A DNA stretch of 64,000 bases from Fimbriosthenelais zetlandica (GCA_977030845.1 OZ365116.1:19778001-19842000); one strand, 5' to 3'. Positions 50,401-64,000 are shown, numbered from the stretch's first letter. Made by a program: numbers and translations. The notes: generated by a model from the sequence alone, not told the origin.

Positions 50401-53400
50401 CAGGAGTTGGATCCTTGAATGTATGCCAAACGTGCTCGTCCACGTGCAATGCACGATGAGCTGCTCAGGACACTTTTTGCCTGACTGGCAACTCACTTTA
50501 TATAGGTCACTGAGGAAGAGCAGCTTCACCAAGTCCTACAGGGCTACATACTGATAATTGCTTAATAATAAGCAAAGCATTTATCACGAAAAAAGAGAAT
50601 TATTAATAAATGAACTCAACAGTGTTGGATAAGGGTCACATTTACATAAGGAAAACTGCGATATTTCAGTCAATGTTGCCTTCGAGACTAAACTTCATGA
50701 CCTGCTCACATCAGCTCAGAAGTGATTAAAGCTGTTATGAAGTGCCAAGTGCCATTGCCTTTGCAATCCCATCCTCTTTCTCATTATCCCATCCGGCAAT
50801 AGTATGTACCATAATATATAGGGGGCTAATTAAAGTTTGCCTTAGGCAGCTAGCAGAAGATTAGACAAATATTCACTAGGCTATAAAGTGGCCTTTCGCG
50901 GGGTGTTTTACCTAAAATGGACTGTAAAATATAGGTGGAAATTGTGCCTATGTGTGTGTTTACTCAAGTGAAATAAAAGCGTGATAGCCTACTCCCGTTA
51001 TATGCGGGTTATCTGGCCGTCAGCCGCAGATAGAGAGAGGTGTGGAGACGTGATCTCTACCTCCAGGGTGGAGAAGTCTCCAGTGAGCAGTGTAGAGGAG
51101 CTAAGTGCCCACGATAAGACACATTACATATGTCTGAGTGTGTTTATACTCCCTGTATACATGTATATAAAGTAGACGTGCCAATGGCTACATTATGTGC
51201 ACAGGGGACATCTGACTCTTAGGGACACTACCAGAAAAGTTAGCTAGAGAAAATGATTTATTTAAAGTGAAAAATTAAGGCGATATGTTCCCAATAAAAT
51301 CGCAATTTCCACTAGTTAAAGAGTTGTTCGGAAAGCGTCATACAGGGTGGTCATGCAAGAAAATGTATTTGTTTAGGTCCTAAAAACTGACCACAGATGT
51401 TCCTAAACAAATGTTACAATGACCTTACTTTTAAAGTGCGAGTGAGAGACATCCATAGAGATCTAGGGAGTGAGAGAGAAAAGAGAGAAGGGGAGGGGGC
51501 TGCTGGTGATGATACCATTGCATTCATATATATTGCAATAAAAAGCTGAAGACAGATGTAGAAGTGATAGAGAAAGTCGGTATTGCCAAGTAGTATGATT
51601 CTATCATTCCATATTTATCTGAAACTGAATCCAGGCTTGACCCAAATCCATGCAGCAGGTCAACTGACCACAACAAGTCTCCATCTCACCACCTCCCCCA
51701 ACATCAAACCCAGAACATGCTCTCACTCAGCCATCCCTCCATGAAGACATACAGATGGGCAAATACAACAACAAAGTTGCCAGGTCTACTCCGTGACATA
51801 ATGTACTTATGACTTGTACCCCTAAGGCATGCATATATCTATACACTGGTATATATACATGTGCACTATATAGCATTCTGCATGGTTTCTAAGCAAACCC
51901 CAAAACACATGCGATAAGTTAGCCATATGATTGAACACCCTTGTTATTGGCTTGAAAAGGTTGAAACCTCTGACCCCAAAAAGCATGGGAAGGAGAAAAG
52001 GAGAGGCGAAACCTTGCTGTACTGAGAGCCATATACATATGCCTGGAATACTAAAACACTGGCTCTTTTTAAAAGATTTTTCTCACAAAAAGTATTGTAG
52101 TTTAAATTAAAAAGAATGCAAATACCTCAAGACTGGTACAAAGGATCCAGACAATGAAAGCTATTGTAATCCAGAAAAGAAGGAAGGTAGTCCACCAATC
52201 CATTGGCCTCAGACCTGAGTCTATGGGGTTTGTCTACCAAAACGCGTGTAGGATATACCACCACTCCTCCTACTCCAGGTGATTACCATAGCAACCAACT
52301 ACTCCAAGGGATGCCAAGGAGGAAGGAGAGAGACGCGCCTGGGATGAGTTAACCGTAAACCCCCTCTGTGACAAGTTCTCGGGTTTACAAGTTTCGTTCA
52401 CTAAACTCTTAGCAAAATGTAAGCGCAAGAGACATGGAAAGATTAATATAGGAAATTTTAAAATTCGATAGGGTCATCTTTTAATTTTTTTTCAAATTCT
52501 GACAGGATTTTATGTAGGAATGAATGAAGGAAAATAATTCTTTGACAGACCTGATCAAACGATCATAAACTCAAAGAATGCTGGAAGTATTTGGCCCGGG
52601 GAAGGAGGCATGTAAATCATGTATCAAAATTGGTTAAAAAAAGTGTTAAAAATAGTGAAAACGACGACACATGTTGAGAGTTTATGACATGCCTCGACTG
52701 GCCTGTCCCACAGAGGGAATGAGTCCAGAGGCACGTGGCAGGCACGCGCATACACATGCTCCCACTCCAGACCTGTGCCTATCCCCCAAGTTTTAGTGCT
52801 CCCTCATCCCCCTTCATTTCCCTACAAAGCAGTATCTTCCCCCTAGTCCATCTCCCCTCCCCCAGAGGATCCCTCTAAGTCTTACACCCACCCAACCTTC
52901 CCCTGTCAACCGGTTATTCGTCTTGGGGTATTTAAGTAGCCCCAAATGCTTTAGACATGCAAAGCTCTCTCGTATTCTTTTATTTCTTCATCTTTATGAA
53001 AATGCACTAAATTAGCAATTCAATTATTCTATAAATCATTTAAATAAATGATATAATATGGATAGATTATGCAATCTTAACATTCACTTGGTCTTTGGCT
53101 CTTCAAGGTCACCAAGAAAGAGATTTCTGAGAGACGAGGTAGCAAGTCAAGGAGTCTCATCCACTATCTCATCTCTCTTGAAGATGAAACAGTTGCACTT
53201 AGAATTGTCACTTAAGATTGTCATATCTAGCCTGACCCTGCCACCCCTTATCACTGCCAGGCAGTAACATGTCATATCTCAGACAGGGGGACAGCGGAGA
53301 AACCGGCATTAAAAGCTCAACCCATACAGATTCCACACTTAACCATTTCCAGCCCTCCCTGACATTCCAACAACCCAAAGTCAAATCACTCCTCCATGTC

Positions 53401-53432
53401 CCACCCATTTTCCCCTACACCAAGAGAATACC

Positions 53433-53721
53433 CCCTAACCCCTAACCTAACCCGGGCCACCTCTGGCTCTTTTTTCCTTTTAGATTGCCGCCCTCTATTT
53501 CCGGTTCCGGGTCAACATCACGTCGCGATGACGTGCCCTTGTAATTAGTCATGGCGGCGTCGCGAGCAGAACTGACTTCCCTTTTCTTTTCTAGGAACAA
53601 TTTCTTCCTTTTCATTTTTTATTCACGCTCCTGAAAACTTTTCTTATCGCTATTAAACGACCTCTCAAGAGATTTTTTTTCTTGCCCCTTATCTAGTGTT
53701 GAGAGGTATCTAGAGGTGAGT
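53433..53721 (+). promoter_or_regulatory. CpG-rich promoter-like island with possible antisense first exon ending GAG|GTGAGT at 53715/53716
   Basis: TTCCGGTTCCGG, CACGTC-gcgat-GACGTG, ATGGCGGCG (53551) and a consensus donor; the ATG frame stops after 27 codons. Confidence 0.35.
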
Positions 53722-55760
53722 CCTGTGCAGCCTTGGATGTTTGATAACCTTTTTGTTCTTTAAGCAAATTCCAATCCACAGTCCAGTCCTAAGAGCATTC
53801 CTATTTATAATCATTGATAAATATAAGGTTTTCATGGCCCTTCAGTTAAAAATAGCTTGGGAATGAAAGAAAAAAATGAGCACAGGAGTACACCCAAGGC
53901 ATGCGCCAGACCCGGCTTCTAGGATTGTACAAAAGCCAGCCTTGTTTATTCTACCTGGCAAATGAAAATATACAGAGACACTATCCGCGTGGACACCCAG
54001 CTGAGAGAATAGATAAAAAGACACGACAAAAACAGGGAAAATAGACAAAAAATAACGTCACGACCAACATTATACCACATCAATGTAACACATAGCAGGA
54101 CCAGGGGCAGAGAGGGGCTGGATGTATCAAAGATGACAGCCCCCAGGCCATTTATTTACTGGCGTTTCTCAACGAAATCCCAGAAATCTGATGATCTGAT
54201 GTTACATATATATATGCCCTGTGCCATCGACTCATATACATTGAGTCTTAATAGGTCCATGAAAAGTGACTTGAGAAACATTTGTGGCTCAGTCATCAGC
54301 CAAATGTCTAAGTGTTGCTTAACATGTCCACCACAAAGCTATGTAGAATAGGGCACTTCTCCCTGATATGTAAATGCCCATTCCCCCTCTCATCTTGGTC
54401 ATGTGAAGTAACCAAGTGAAGTATTGATGACACTGGTCGGCCTGGGGATAGCTCAAGGGAGGAATAAAGCCTTTTGGCAAAGGCCCCCAGAGGTCCTATA
54501 GTAATACAATATATATAGCCACTCTGCAGGCTCAATTGACAACTCTTTGTAGACATGTGGCTTTCTTAGTTTGCTTTCTGGTAATTGAACTATTTAATTG
54601 ATGTTTTCAACATGTGACGCATGACATAATGATAGTAGGGTCATACAAAATACTATATTTTCAAATTACTATATTTGATGCATTGAATTAATTCGGGGGG
54701 ATTGACAAGTCTACAGCCATTAGAGAACCTGGGTTGTCCCAAGCCCTGATAGGAGTCGGGGATCCATGTCCTTGCATGTTTGTGGGTGTAATATTGATAT
54801 ACCTACGTCCCTGTGGAGATCCCCTTACATACCCTGGTCCCACACTAAGGCAAATTTATGTTCATCTCCAAGCTAATACACACGATATAAATCAATACAA
54901 ATGGCTGAAGCTATATCATAAACAAGGGCTTTATGAACATTCCCCAATCAAGCCAGGGTCGACTTAATATAAAATATCTTTTCCAGCCAACATACAGTAC
55001 AGGTTAAGGGTGGAAGGTACTACCCTAACCCTTATCATCTTATTGGCCACCTCCTGGAACCCTTACATTTGCTGGGTTTATTTTCTCAGGTGTGCCTCGG
55101 TCGATTTGGCGGACAGGAAGTTGTGCTTGCCCCTCTTAGCCTTGGACATGAGCAAACAAACATGGCCTCGACCTGTATGGAAGATGAGTAGTGGAGGCGG
55201 GGCTGAGGGTGTATGTGTATTGGTAACATGGGCAGGGCAAGGGTTAAGAAGACTACCGGCCTTCTGGTAGGCGGGTAATGGGTTCAATTTATATAAGGCC
55301 CACATGTGTCAACCTCCATGCTTTCTAGCCAAAGAGATAACATACGGAATATTTTTTCCATTCCTCCATCCATGCAAAAATATATCATGTCTACCAAACA
55401 TAATATGACATGTAATGATCAGAGTTCAGGGTATCCTTCGAGTAAAATGAATGTGTATCATAGAAAATGGGAATAGCGCATCAAGACTATGCTGCCACCT
55501 AGTGTTCATGAAGGGAATTATGGTTGACCTTGCCAACGGGTAAGCCTGCTTGGGGATTGCATTCAAAACCCCAAATCTTATTTAAAAATGGGAAAATATG
55601 TTTACCTGCCTTTTTCTAATCTGTGTGGATTGTAATCCTGCTATTGTCCACCACTAAGCACCTGGCCTTCATTAGCCACTGACTTTTATCATGACATCTA
55701 TAATCTGTGAGAGTCCATGCACACCTGGTGACAGCTGAGGGCAGTTTATAGTGGTCAGCT

Positions 55761-55781
55761 GGGGGCGGGGGGGGGGGGGGG
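55761..55781. repeat. G5-C-G15 tract
   Basis: Direct reading. Confidence 0.9.
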
Positions 55782-58700
55782 TCAGCCCGGGGTTCATGAC
55801 ATACTATCATATCACTGGCTTCTAAACAGTTCCCCAGTACAGAATCACTTCTATGCCCATCCAAATTAGAGGGATCGGTAGATAGAGGGCCAACAGAGCA
55901 AGACTACAGTAATAAAGTGACCAATATAAAGGGTCAAGAGGTGGGGTGACCAGGGCCACAGTCATGTCATTAGATACACAGACATTGATACTGACAGTGA
56001 CATAAGGTCAAAGAGTTAATTATGGACCTCTAGGAGGCTCCGACTCTTTCAAATTACCTCCTTGATACTAGTATTAAATGTCATGGGAAGTAGCAAATCT
56101 AAATTAAATAGCCCTCAAGGTGGCAACAGACTGGGTATTCCCCGAGGCTATATCACAGTCATATTACATGTATGTACATACAAATGTATATATATAAAAA
56201 AAGATGACTGCATTATTTGGTCTTTTACCATTTTTTCTCCACATAAAATCTCCCAAACTAATTTTCAGTGTAAGGCATTGACTGGGTCTAGAATTGGTAC
56301 TAACAATTACACATAATTATACAGATTCGATATGGATAACTTTTATGGGAAAAAAATACAAAATCTCACCAGGCTGACCTTGGTGGTCAACATGTGGTCA
56401 ACTGCCTATGGCGGTCATCCATCTGGTGGCCTGAGTAAAGGTCAACCACAGACTGACCACCCAGCTATATACCTGAGGTGTACTGGCATGTGTCCAGGCT
56501 TCTATATGGGTACACTGGGTATATATACTTTACTCTGCTCACAGTCTTTTCACTGCTCATTCACGGCAGCTTCCTTCATCCATGGTCATTCAATGATGAA
56601 TAACCAGAGGTCTATTTCTTGACATATTTATTAAGAAATGATAAAATATTCGTCACTATTTTGTATGATAATATTGTTAATATTGTTGGATAATGGACAT
56701 GGAAGTGTTTCGCTTTCTCAGTGAGGATAGGGTATAGTTATCCTCTGTGTGGGGCGGTGAAGGGGTGGGTGGTACTGGTCATCCTCCCTCACTTAATCAC
56801 CCCTGACACTTGGTCCATCTTTACAATCCAGCCCCTCCCCTCCCATCCATATATCACAAACTATTAATCATCCCATCCTTAATGGTCCAAAGGACTTACT
56901 TTTAGATTTTCTCAAGACTTGGATTTGGGTTTTAAAGGATGGGGTTTTCAAGGTTTCCTAATGGCTGCAAGTAGAGATTAGGATTTGGCTTAAAGCACTA
57001 TCTGTGATTATATCCTGAGCAGCAGCATTATCTGATGGATGTCACATTCCAGATGTGCCTCACCAGTTCAGCCTCACAGCCTTCTGATAGCTGCATGCCA
57101 TATCAGGTCCAAATCAGTGAAGATTTTAACTATTCTGAATAATAAGATTCCAATTTCACACACTAACTCAGCTGTGAAATCAAGTGTAAGTGTAATGCTG
57201 AGAAGTTGATTAGAAAAGATTGGATTTTAAATGTAAAATGAAAATATTCGAGCCAGGCTCCACACGTGGGCCCCACATGTATTGTGGTCTTCAAATGATA
57301 ATCAATTCAGATATTACATAACCTAGGGCCATGAGGACATTTGCTATCGGAGGTGATAAAAAGGTATAAATGGGTGGGTGCTTGGGTGATGCGGCATTGT
57401 GACATCACTCTGCGAGCCATCAGAGTGGAGTGTGCCCCAAGGGGGCTAGTATTGTTGTCCAGTGTTGGTGTAGGGGGACAGGTGGCCAGGTGGTGGTCAG
57501 TACACCTGTATATATATGACCGTACGTCGGTCAATACATGGGGTATGAACAGAGGGGATTTCCTCTCTCATGGCTTCCCTTCTTTGTCTGACCGTGCTGG
57601 GGACCCTTGGGAGGACATATGACAAGGTTTTAGAATTATGGACCTGACAGATTTCCCATTATCGATTGGTCCTGGGGCATTGACCATACTTCCTGACCTA
57701 GTACACCCATATTATGGATTAAACAAATTCTACAGCAACCTGAGCACATTGACATCTCAACTCAGGCTTGGGGTATTAGTGCCTCAATCATAGAAAAAGT
57801 GCCAGACATTGAAGAAATGTTTTTAAAATATTTTGACACAAATATTTCACTGGCAATTCATTAGAAATTTTAAAACAATGTAACCCTGACACAATGTGAG
57901 TTGGAGACACGCGTGGAGGTGAGCGTCTGATGATGTAATTAATAGGTCACAGGTGTAATTAGGTCAGGGCCTGGGAATGGCCACGCCCATGCCTTAATAC
58001 ACGATCTGTAACAGGCAGATTATAGGGCTATCCCCGCAGATTAAGGCATCAGTGTCAAGGTAATGACTGCATGCAAGATCCACCTTATTAACCTCTTCTC
58101 AGCAAGGATAAAATACTTTGCCCTGGGCTTCAACGAGGGAGAGAAAGGACGGAGGGAGAAAATGGAGAGGAGATGGGCGGGTGGGGAGGGGGTAGGGGGA
58201 TTGGGGTAGAGAGATGGACCAAAAAAAATCAGTAAACGCAAAATAATTGGAATGATGTCATTGGTCAAAGCAATCAGTCTATATATGGAAGTGACCATTA
58301 TCAATGCTTACGTGAGAGAGGACTATTTTAGAAGATACTCAGTACATATGTCATATGACTAGCCGTGAGCCAATGTAATCAGCAGATCATGTCATGGACA
58401 TTACTGCCAATTGTGCCTGCTCCATGAGCGGCCTCATATTATGTTTACTGGGGAATGCCTTTGTCATACATAAACACCCAACCTAATGTCTCATTGTTCA
58501 TCATTCTCAGAAGTTAAATTGTTATTTTCACTCATAAACTAACGGAAATTATTAGCCCTCAGCAGAAGCATTCAATCAATAGGTAGAGAATATAATTGGA
58601 CATTTATGGAGCCTATATATCTATGTTTTGTCATGCAATACAGCCTGCAATATGATCTAGTGCTACATGATATAAAGCATCCTTTAAGCGACCAGGCATT

Positions 58701-59373
58701 CATGTCCATTCAGGCAGATGCAATGATAGCATACTCAATATTCCCTTCCTATAAACACATTGTAATGTATATTTTGGCAATTCACACTCCAACTACACCC
58801 AAAGAAAGATGACAGTTCCACCCAAAACACCACACCATTGTGTCAGTCTATCTGGATGTGTCATTTGTATTTAGACATTAGCATCAGTAATATATGTATC
58901 ATTGTTTTATCCCTGATTAGGCTGGCATCATTGGACATGAAACTGGGTATTGAGACCTGAGTCATTTCCGGGTGCTGTGTTATCGCCCGTTTCCACCAGG
59001 AGCGCTCATCTGTGCTGTCAGGGTGACCGCTACAGAACTAAATTTCCATAAAGGAAATCATGTGATCTTGGCTGTCTCAGAAATAACAAAATACTCGGCT
59101 TTTTGTCTGGGGTTTAGTTTGTCATTAACATCCCCATCATCCTTATTTCATCCTTTTTTTTCTTAGCTTTATGGTCTCTCGGTAATTTTACTTATGTACA
59201 CACTGTATGTAAAGATAGTCTAAACACTCAAGGTTTATAGCCATAGTACAGCTGCTATTATTCCAGTTTTTTCCCGTCCTCATACTTTCCACCATCTCAC
59301 AATAGATCTGGGTTGGATGGAGGAGTATGGACAACCAATGAAAACACAGAGTTCTAGTCATGTGATGAACTGA

Positions 59374-59387
59374 CTGCCACCTAGCGG
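59374..59387 (-). promoter_or_regulatory. CTCF-like motif CCGCTAGGTGGCAG
   Basis: Close match to CCRSYAGRKGGCR; similar sites at 55492-55505 (-) and 62531-62543 (+). Confidence 0.35.
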
Positions 59388-62300
59388 GAGGGTGGTGATT
59401 TACCACGTCCAGGTGTTAATACGATCCTCTGCCCTTCAAAGTGGCGTTTACTAGGCCTATAGTGGATACTGGGTCTAAGTAAGATTTCGAGGTCAACTCG
59501 AGGAAAGAAAGGAGCAGCTTATGAAAGTTAGAAATTTGAATGCAAAATATATGTACATGTATACACTAGATCTTCTCTAATGCTTGGGTTAGATTTCGTA
59601 CTTTGGGAAAGTAGATTTAGATGCCCAACTAATGAGTAAGATTGCAGTCTGTAGCTGTGTACATGTGGTTTGATGTTTGGGATGAACCTTTGCTAGAAGA
59701 CAGCAAGGTCTGATTGAATTTCTTCATCCTGCCCCTGGCCTCGTGTCAGTCCTAACCACATGAGAGACTTCAACCAACTTAGATTGACCACATTTCAGTC
59801 CGTCACTCCCACCCAGAACATCAAAAACAAGAACGGAAACAACACTTAAATACTAACCCACTTTTTAACAGGGCAACACACAGAGTCTTGTCAGGGTCTC
59901 AGATAATTGAGTCATTTTGAGATCCAATTCTGTCTTTTTCGAATCACTTAACTCAAAACCTGGCAGACAAAATAGAGTATTTTTCTCTGGATAAGGGATT
60001 TATTATTTGTATAGGCCTGGAATGTATAGGCATTGAGGACCAGGACTAGTCTAAAGAGGAAATGAAGCCGGCCACAGGAGAGGGGGATGAAAGTGGTTGA
60101 AGTTTACCTGCGAGTAACTGTTACCTTGGACGCCAGGTGGCCAATAGGGCCCAGGCCGAGTTTGACAGGCACAAAGTGGGACCAGGTAACTGAGACGGGG
60201 GTTTGTGTATTTTGTGTTCTAGCGGGGAAGAAAGTGGTTGCTACATGAGGATGTGTGTATGTTAAGTTTGGTGGGGAGGAAAGTGGTTAACATGAGATTT
60301 TACAACACTAACATACCACCAGTGTTTGGAAATGGGGAAAGTTCAAATGAATCACTCCCTGAAACTCCCTGTCCTAGAAATTGGTCAATGAGTTAGGGCA
60401 CATGCTGTTGTGTTCAGGGAAGATAGGTGGGGTATTTGATGGTTAACCATGTGAAGGATCCAAATAATAGGGAAACACCCTACCCGACCATCATCAATTA
60501 TTTTAAGAGATAATTAAAGTATAAATGGTAAATATTACCTGAGTCATATAGGCACATGAGAACAATTAAGAAAGGCGTGTCGTTGGTGAGTAAGACATGG
60601 TCTGGAGGTTTCAACACCTTCATGTCACAACATTAACCTAGATGGGTGAGGGGTGGTGAAAGTTGTACCCTTCCTTCACTCCACATGTTTATCTTTCCCT
60701 GCACTGATTTACTGTTTCTAGAACTGACAAGTCTCTGAGACATGACATTCTCCTCACTTCAGGCACAACTTGGCCTCTCTCCACCCTTCTTTCTTAAGTC
60801 TTTTTATTTTAGAGAAGTTTGTTTCTTGTAAAAGTCTTGGCTACTCAGTCATGTTATAAACAAGTCTGAAGAGAATTAGTATAAGCCATATATCTTCACA
60901 TACAGTATGACCCGAGCAGCTAAATAAATGTGAACCAATGTCTGGAAGGACTAGTAAAATAGTCCATGTATTTTCCCCAGTTTTGCATGGTTTTGTAGGT
61001 CTTGTTCAGCAAATCCCGGAAACAAAAAGGTCATTTGTCATAGATAGAAGACCCAGCATGAGTATGATGCAAAGGGATGAATAATATGTATGAAAACAGC
61101 AGGCTATTATGTACTCAGTAGGCTAAACAGCACTCAACCTGCAGGCAATTTTGTCATGATGCACTACACAGACCAGCTGTTCCATGTTATGTAACATGGT
61201 TAACAAACCGCTCCCTATTAAATACCCCCTAAGCTTATATCATGGGTAGATAGGTGGGATGCTGGAGCCTGAGGCCAGCCAGAAACGTCAAGGTAAACTA
61301 GCCTTCATCTACAACTGTGCAAAAAAACTGCTCTTTCATCTCTGACAGTCATTTGGATTTTTCAATCAGGTTCATCAGGATGTCAGTCATAACTGTCCTC
61401 CGTTTAGATACGATAAAAAAATCAAAGACTTCAGCAGGTCTACACATGTAGGTCAAGGCAAATGCTGACTGGAGATAAGGGTGGAGATAGGGGAAAGAGG
61501 GTGGAGATAGGAATGATAGAGGGAGCATAAATGACCTGGGGCTATAGTTTCTGAGGCTTCAGCTACTTTACTCACAGATGCTGCGAGCGTCAGTGGTGTG
61601 TGGTCAGCTCTCCAGGGCTCAGGCCCTAATTGGATCTTCATGTCTACCTTGAGGGAACCAATAAACTCAGTTTTACCTTCATTTTTAATTTTATTTGGAA
61701 AATACAGTTCTGGGACATGGGAATTAGGATGTATATGGATCGTAGAAACGTTTAGAAGTCTCTATACTGAGAGCCCATATGCCCATATGACAACCTCAGA
61801 ACATGTCGAGGGACAGGTCCTCGTGAACTTATGACCTTCTGTTCTTAAAATGTCCAGAGTATGCCAGGCCTTTTTGATCTGTGGCCCAAGACACTTCCTG
61901 CCCACAGCACTTTTATGTTAGGAATTTGTTTGGAATTCCTACTATTCACTCATGATGTTCTAAATACGAAAACGTCCTTCATCATGCATTTATTTTGTTT
62001 CCAATTTTGGTGAATGAATATGAAAATATTTAGACTTGGCCACAGGGTTCATTCTGGATGAATTCTATAATTAAATTAACGCCGCAATTCTGTAGTCACA
62101 AACTGAGTTTTATAAACTTTATACACCTGACTAGACATCTTCATGCAAATTTAAGTTTCAAAGTGTAAACATTACTATTGTTTACACGCTTCATGTCTGG
62201 TAAATGTATGCCTGATTATTCCTCTTTCCGCTTGGTCTCGGGACTGTTAAAAGCAAATCACCTCATTTCACATCTGAGTGTACAAGCATAAAATTCACCA

Positions 62301-64000
62301 CAAAAAATGTGAAACAAGTAAAGAGCTGGTTTAAATTTAGCACGAGTAGGAGGGCCTTCACAGATGGGCAGATGGGGGAGAGCAGGTGTTCTGTATACTT
62401 CTAGACTTCAGCCATTCTTTTATATACAAAAAGTCGAGGCAAGTGTTCAACAGGGGATATCTATAAGATGAATGACAAAGTGTATGTAAGGATGGTGATC
62501 GGGGGTTGAGGAGGACCAGGTCTAGTCCATTACCAGGGGGCACATGGTGGAGGAGGATGTCAGTAATATTACATGTATGTAACAGTGTGAATCATGGGGG
62601 TAAGTCATAGGTTAATGTGTGGGTGTATATAGAGTAGGTGTGGTGGTATGCTATATAGGCAGTAAGAGCAGCTCACAGCATAATCCCCTATGTTAGAGGA
62701 GTCTTCAGGAATGTCCATAACATGTGATTCACTCTGATAGATAAGGTGTACTTTGGTACAAATACAATACAGTTCCGGCTACATACATGCCTCAAGTCCG
62801 GTAGTGAGATGGACTCAACCAGCGAACCATGTTATAAGTAGTAGGCATAAAAGGCAATACAGCCCAGGCTCTCTTTACATGGGATTACGAGCACTGCAGG
62901 ACTTAAGGGATCTCTTTTAGGGCTCCCACCTAACTTTACTTGTGGGTATTAAGATGGATTAAGTTGTACAGATCACTAAGGATATATCAAATCAGTTTCA
63001 GGCTTTAATTACTGGGGAGAATGAGCCTCAATGATTGTGAGTTAGGGGAAAATTTGACCTCGCAATTGAGCCCAATCATTAGCCTTGGTTTAATTAAGTG
63101 AATAAGACATTTATACGGTTAACTGTATAGGTGTTATGGCCTTATGAGAGGGACTCCTTCCCACCCAGAATTAAATCATTGATAGCATGGCACCTCGTAC
63201 ATCGACCCAGCAAGCTATCATATGGCCAATCAATGAACAGTGGACTGATCAATTCAGGTCAAAACAAATAGCAGCTAGAACTATTTTCCCAAAATCCCAT
63301 TCAACGTAAGATGGATATGCAATAACTACTTGCATTGAGGGATAATATAGAAGGGTCCATGCTGAATAGTTACAATACTTTGCCAATACTGAGTGGTGAG
63401 AATGTTTAATGCATTAGATGGACAATGTCACTCAATGTGACTGCCTATAAAGCGTCAGTCTGACCTCCAGGGTTAATGGCATTGGAGGGAAACATGAACA
63501 TGAAGCACTGAGTCAGCCATGATGACTGGGTCCTATATAGCTGTTATACAGGCTCATCTGCTCCAGTCAGTGATACTGTGCAAACTCTGGGTCTACTCAA
63601 ATCAACAATACGCCATCTACCTTCATAGTTCTCATGTTCATATAACTTTCGGTATTTATCTATATCAAGCTTCCTAAAATTGGAATAATGGTATAGTGTG
63701 ACTGCTCCCTTTACACTTTATACTTTAATTCCTCTGATCAGTAGGATCTTATGAGGTCTTTCAGTGTGGGAGCCATTGTCTTGGTCTGAGGGATTACTCA
63801 GATCATTGGCTCTGTCTAATGGAGGGAATGAGAATGCCATCACATGATAAAATTGATAGCCCGGCCTAGGGAATTGACTCTCCACCCCTCCCACATCCCA
63901 CCCCCAGTCTCCCCAATCCCATCCCGGGGACATCTAGCTCCCCGAGTCTTCCCCCACCCCCAGCCCCACTAGATGCCCCCAGGAGGGCCCGACAAGCAAA

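Noticed and set aside
51341-51412. Tc1/mariner-like TACAGGGTG start and 11-bp inverted repeat atttgtttagg/cctaaacaaat
   Set aside because: No partner terminal inverted repeat or transposase found.
53433-53453. Telomere-like CCCTAA words (also 3852-3863 and 55022-55031)
   Set aside because: Only 2-3 degenerate units; too short for an interstitial telomere or element call.
60123-60189. Phase 1-to-0 exon-like segment TWSHFVPVKLGLGPIGHLASK
   Set aside because: Phase would fit the missing CH exon, but there is no similarity to it, the acceptor is weak, and it sits beside a local 49-bp-period duplication.
23-63933. Most of the roughly 200 supplied ORFs of 60-140 aa
   Set aside because: No recognisable domains, many start at TTG/GTG, and their lengths are as expected for random intronic DNA; only frames overlapping the NAV exons or candidates above are supported.
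50220-64000. Search for upstream NAV CH exons (IYTDWANHYL... and ANEKI...QM equivalents)
   Set aside because: No matching minus-strand exon found by eye; they probably lie beyond the window. KTYRWANTT at about 51745-51771 is on the wrong strand and is a coincidence.
1-64000. CRISPR arrays, rRNA, prokaryotic operons or defence systems
   Set aside because: No regularly interspaced repeats, rRNA signatures or gene-dense segments; the spliced NAV exons show this is animal nuclear DNA.

Overview
Animal (invertebrate-like, probably marine bilaterian; species not determinable) genomic DNA, gene-poor and moderately AT-rich with visible CpG depletion. The whole window appears to lie inside one large minus-strand gene, a neuron navigator (NAV1/2/3, unc-53, sickie) orthologue. 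Four exons splice in frame with canonical AG/GT sites: 49124-49196, 41038-41236, 16808-17001 and 14367-14447. They encode the C-terminal half of the calponin-homology (CH) domain and the low-complexity region after it: VENISQCLTFLSGLGVTVEGLSAK-DIKDGNLKAILGLFFSLSRFK...EMLSR-LPSPF...PPA-SGGG...LLPTK. The introns are about 7.9 kb, 24.0 kb, 2.4 kb and probably more than 13 kb. I could not find the upstream CH exons or the downstream AAA-ATPase exons, so they presumably lie outside the window. Almost all other listed ORFs look like intronic noise. There is no CRISPR array, rRNA, convincing tRNA or intact transposon. I do not see a clearly new biological system. The best leads are about how this giant gene is processed and regulated: a candidate recursive splice site (AG|GTGAGT at 36498/36497), a set of phase-compatible alternative 5' or cassette exons that would clip the CH domain stepwise, a sense-strand C/D-box snoRNA-like element (21604-21674), a DR5 nuclear-receptor element cluster (human NAV2 is retinoic-acid inducible), an excess of RFX X-boxes, and a perfect 38-bp palindrome. 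All were read by eye and need RNA-seq, comparative or motif computation.
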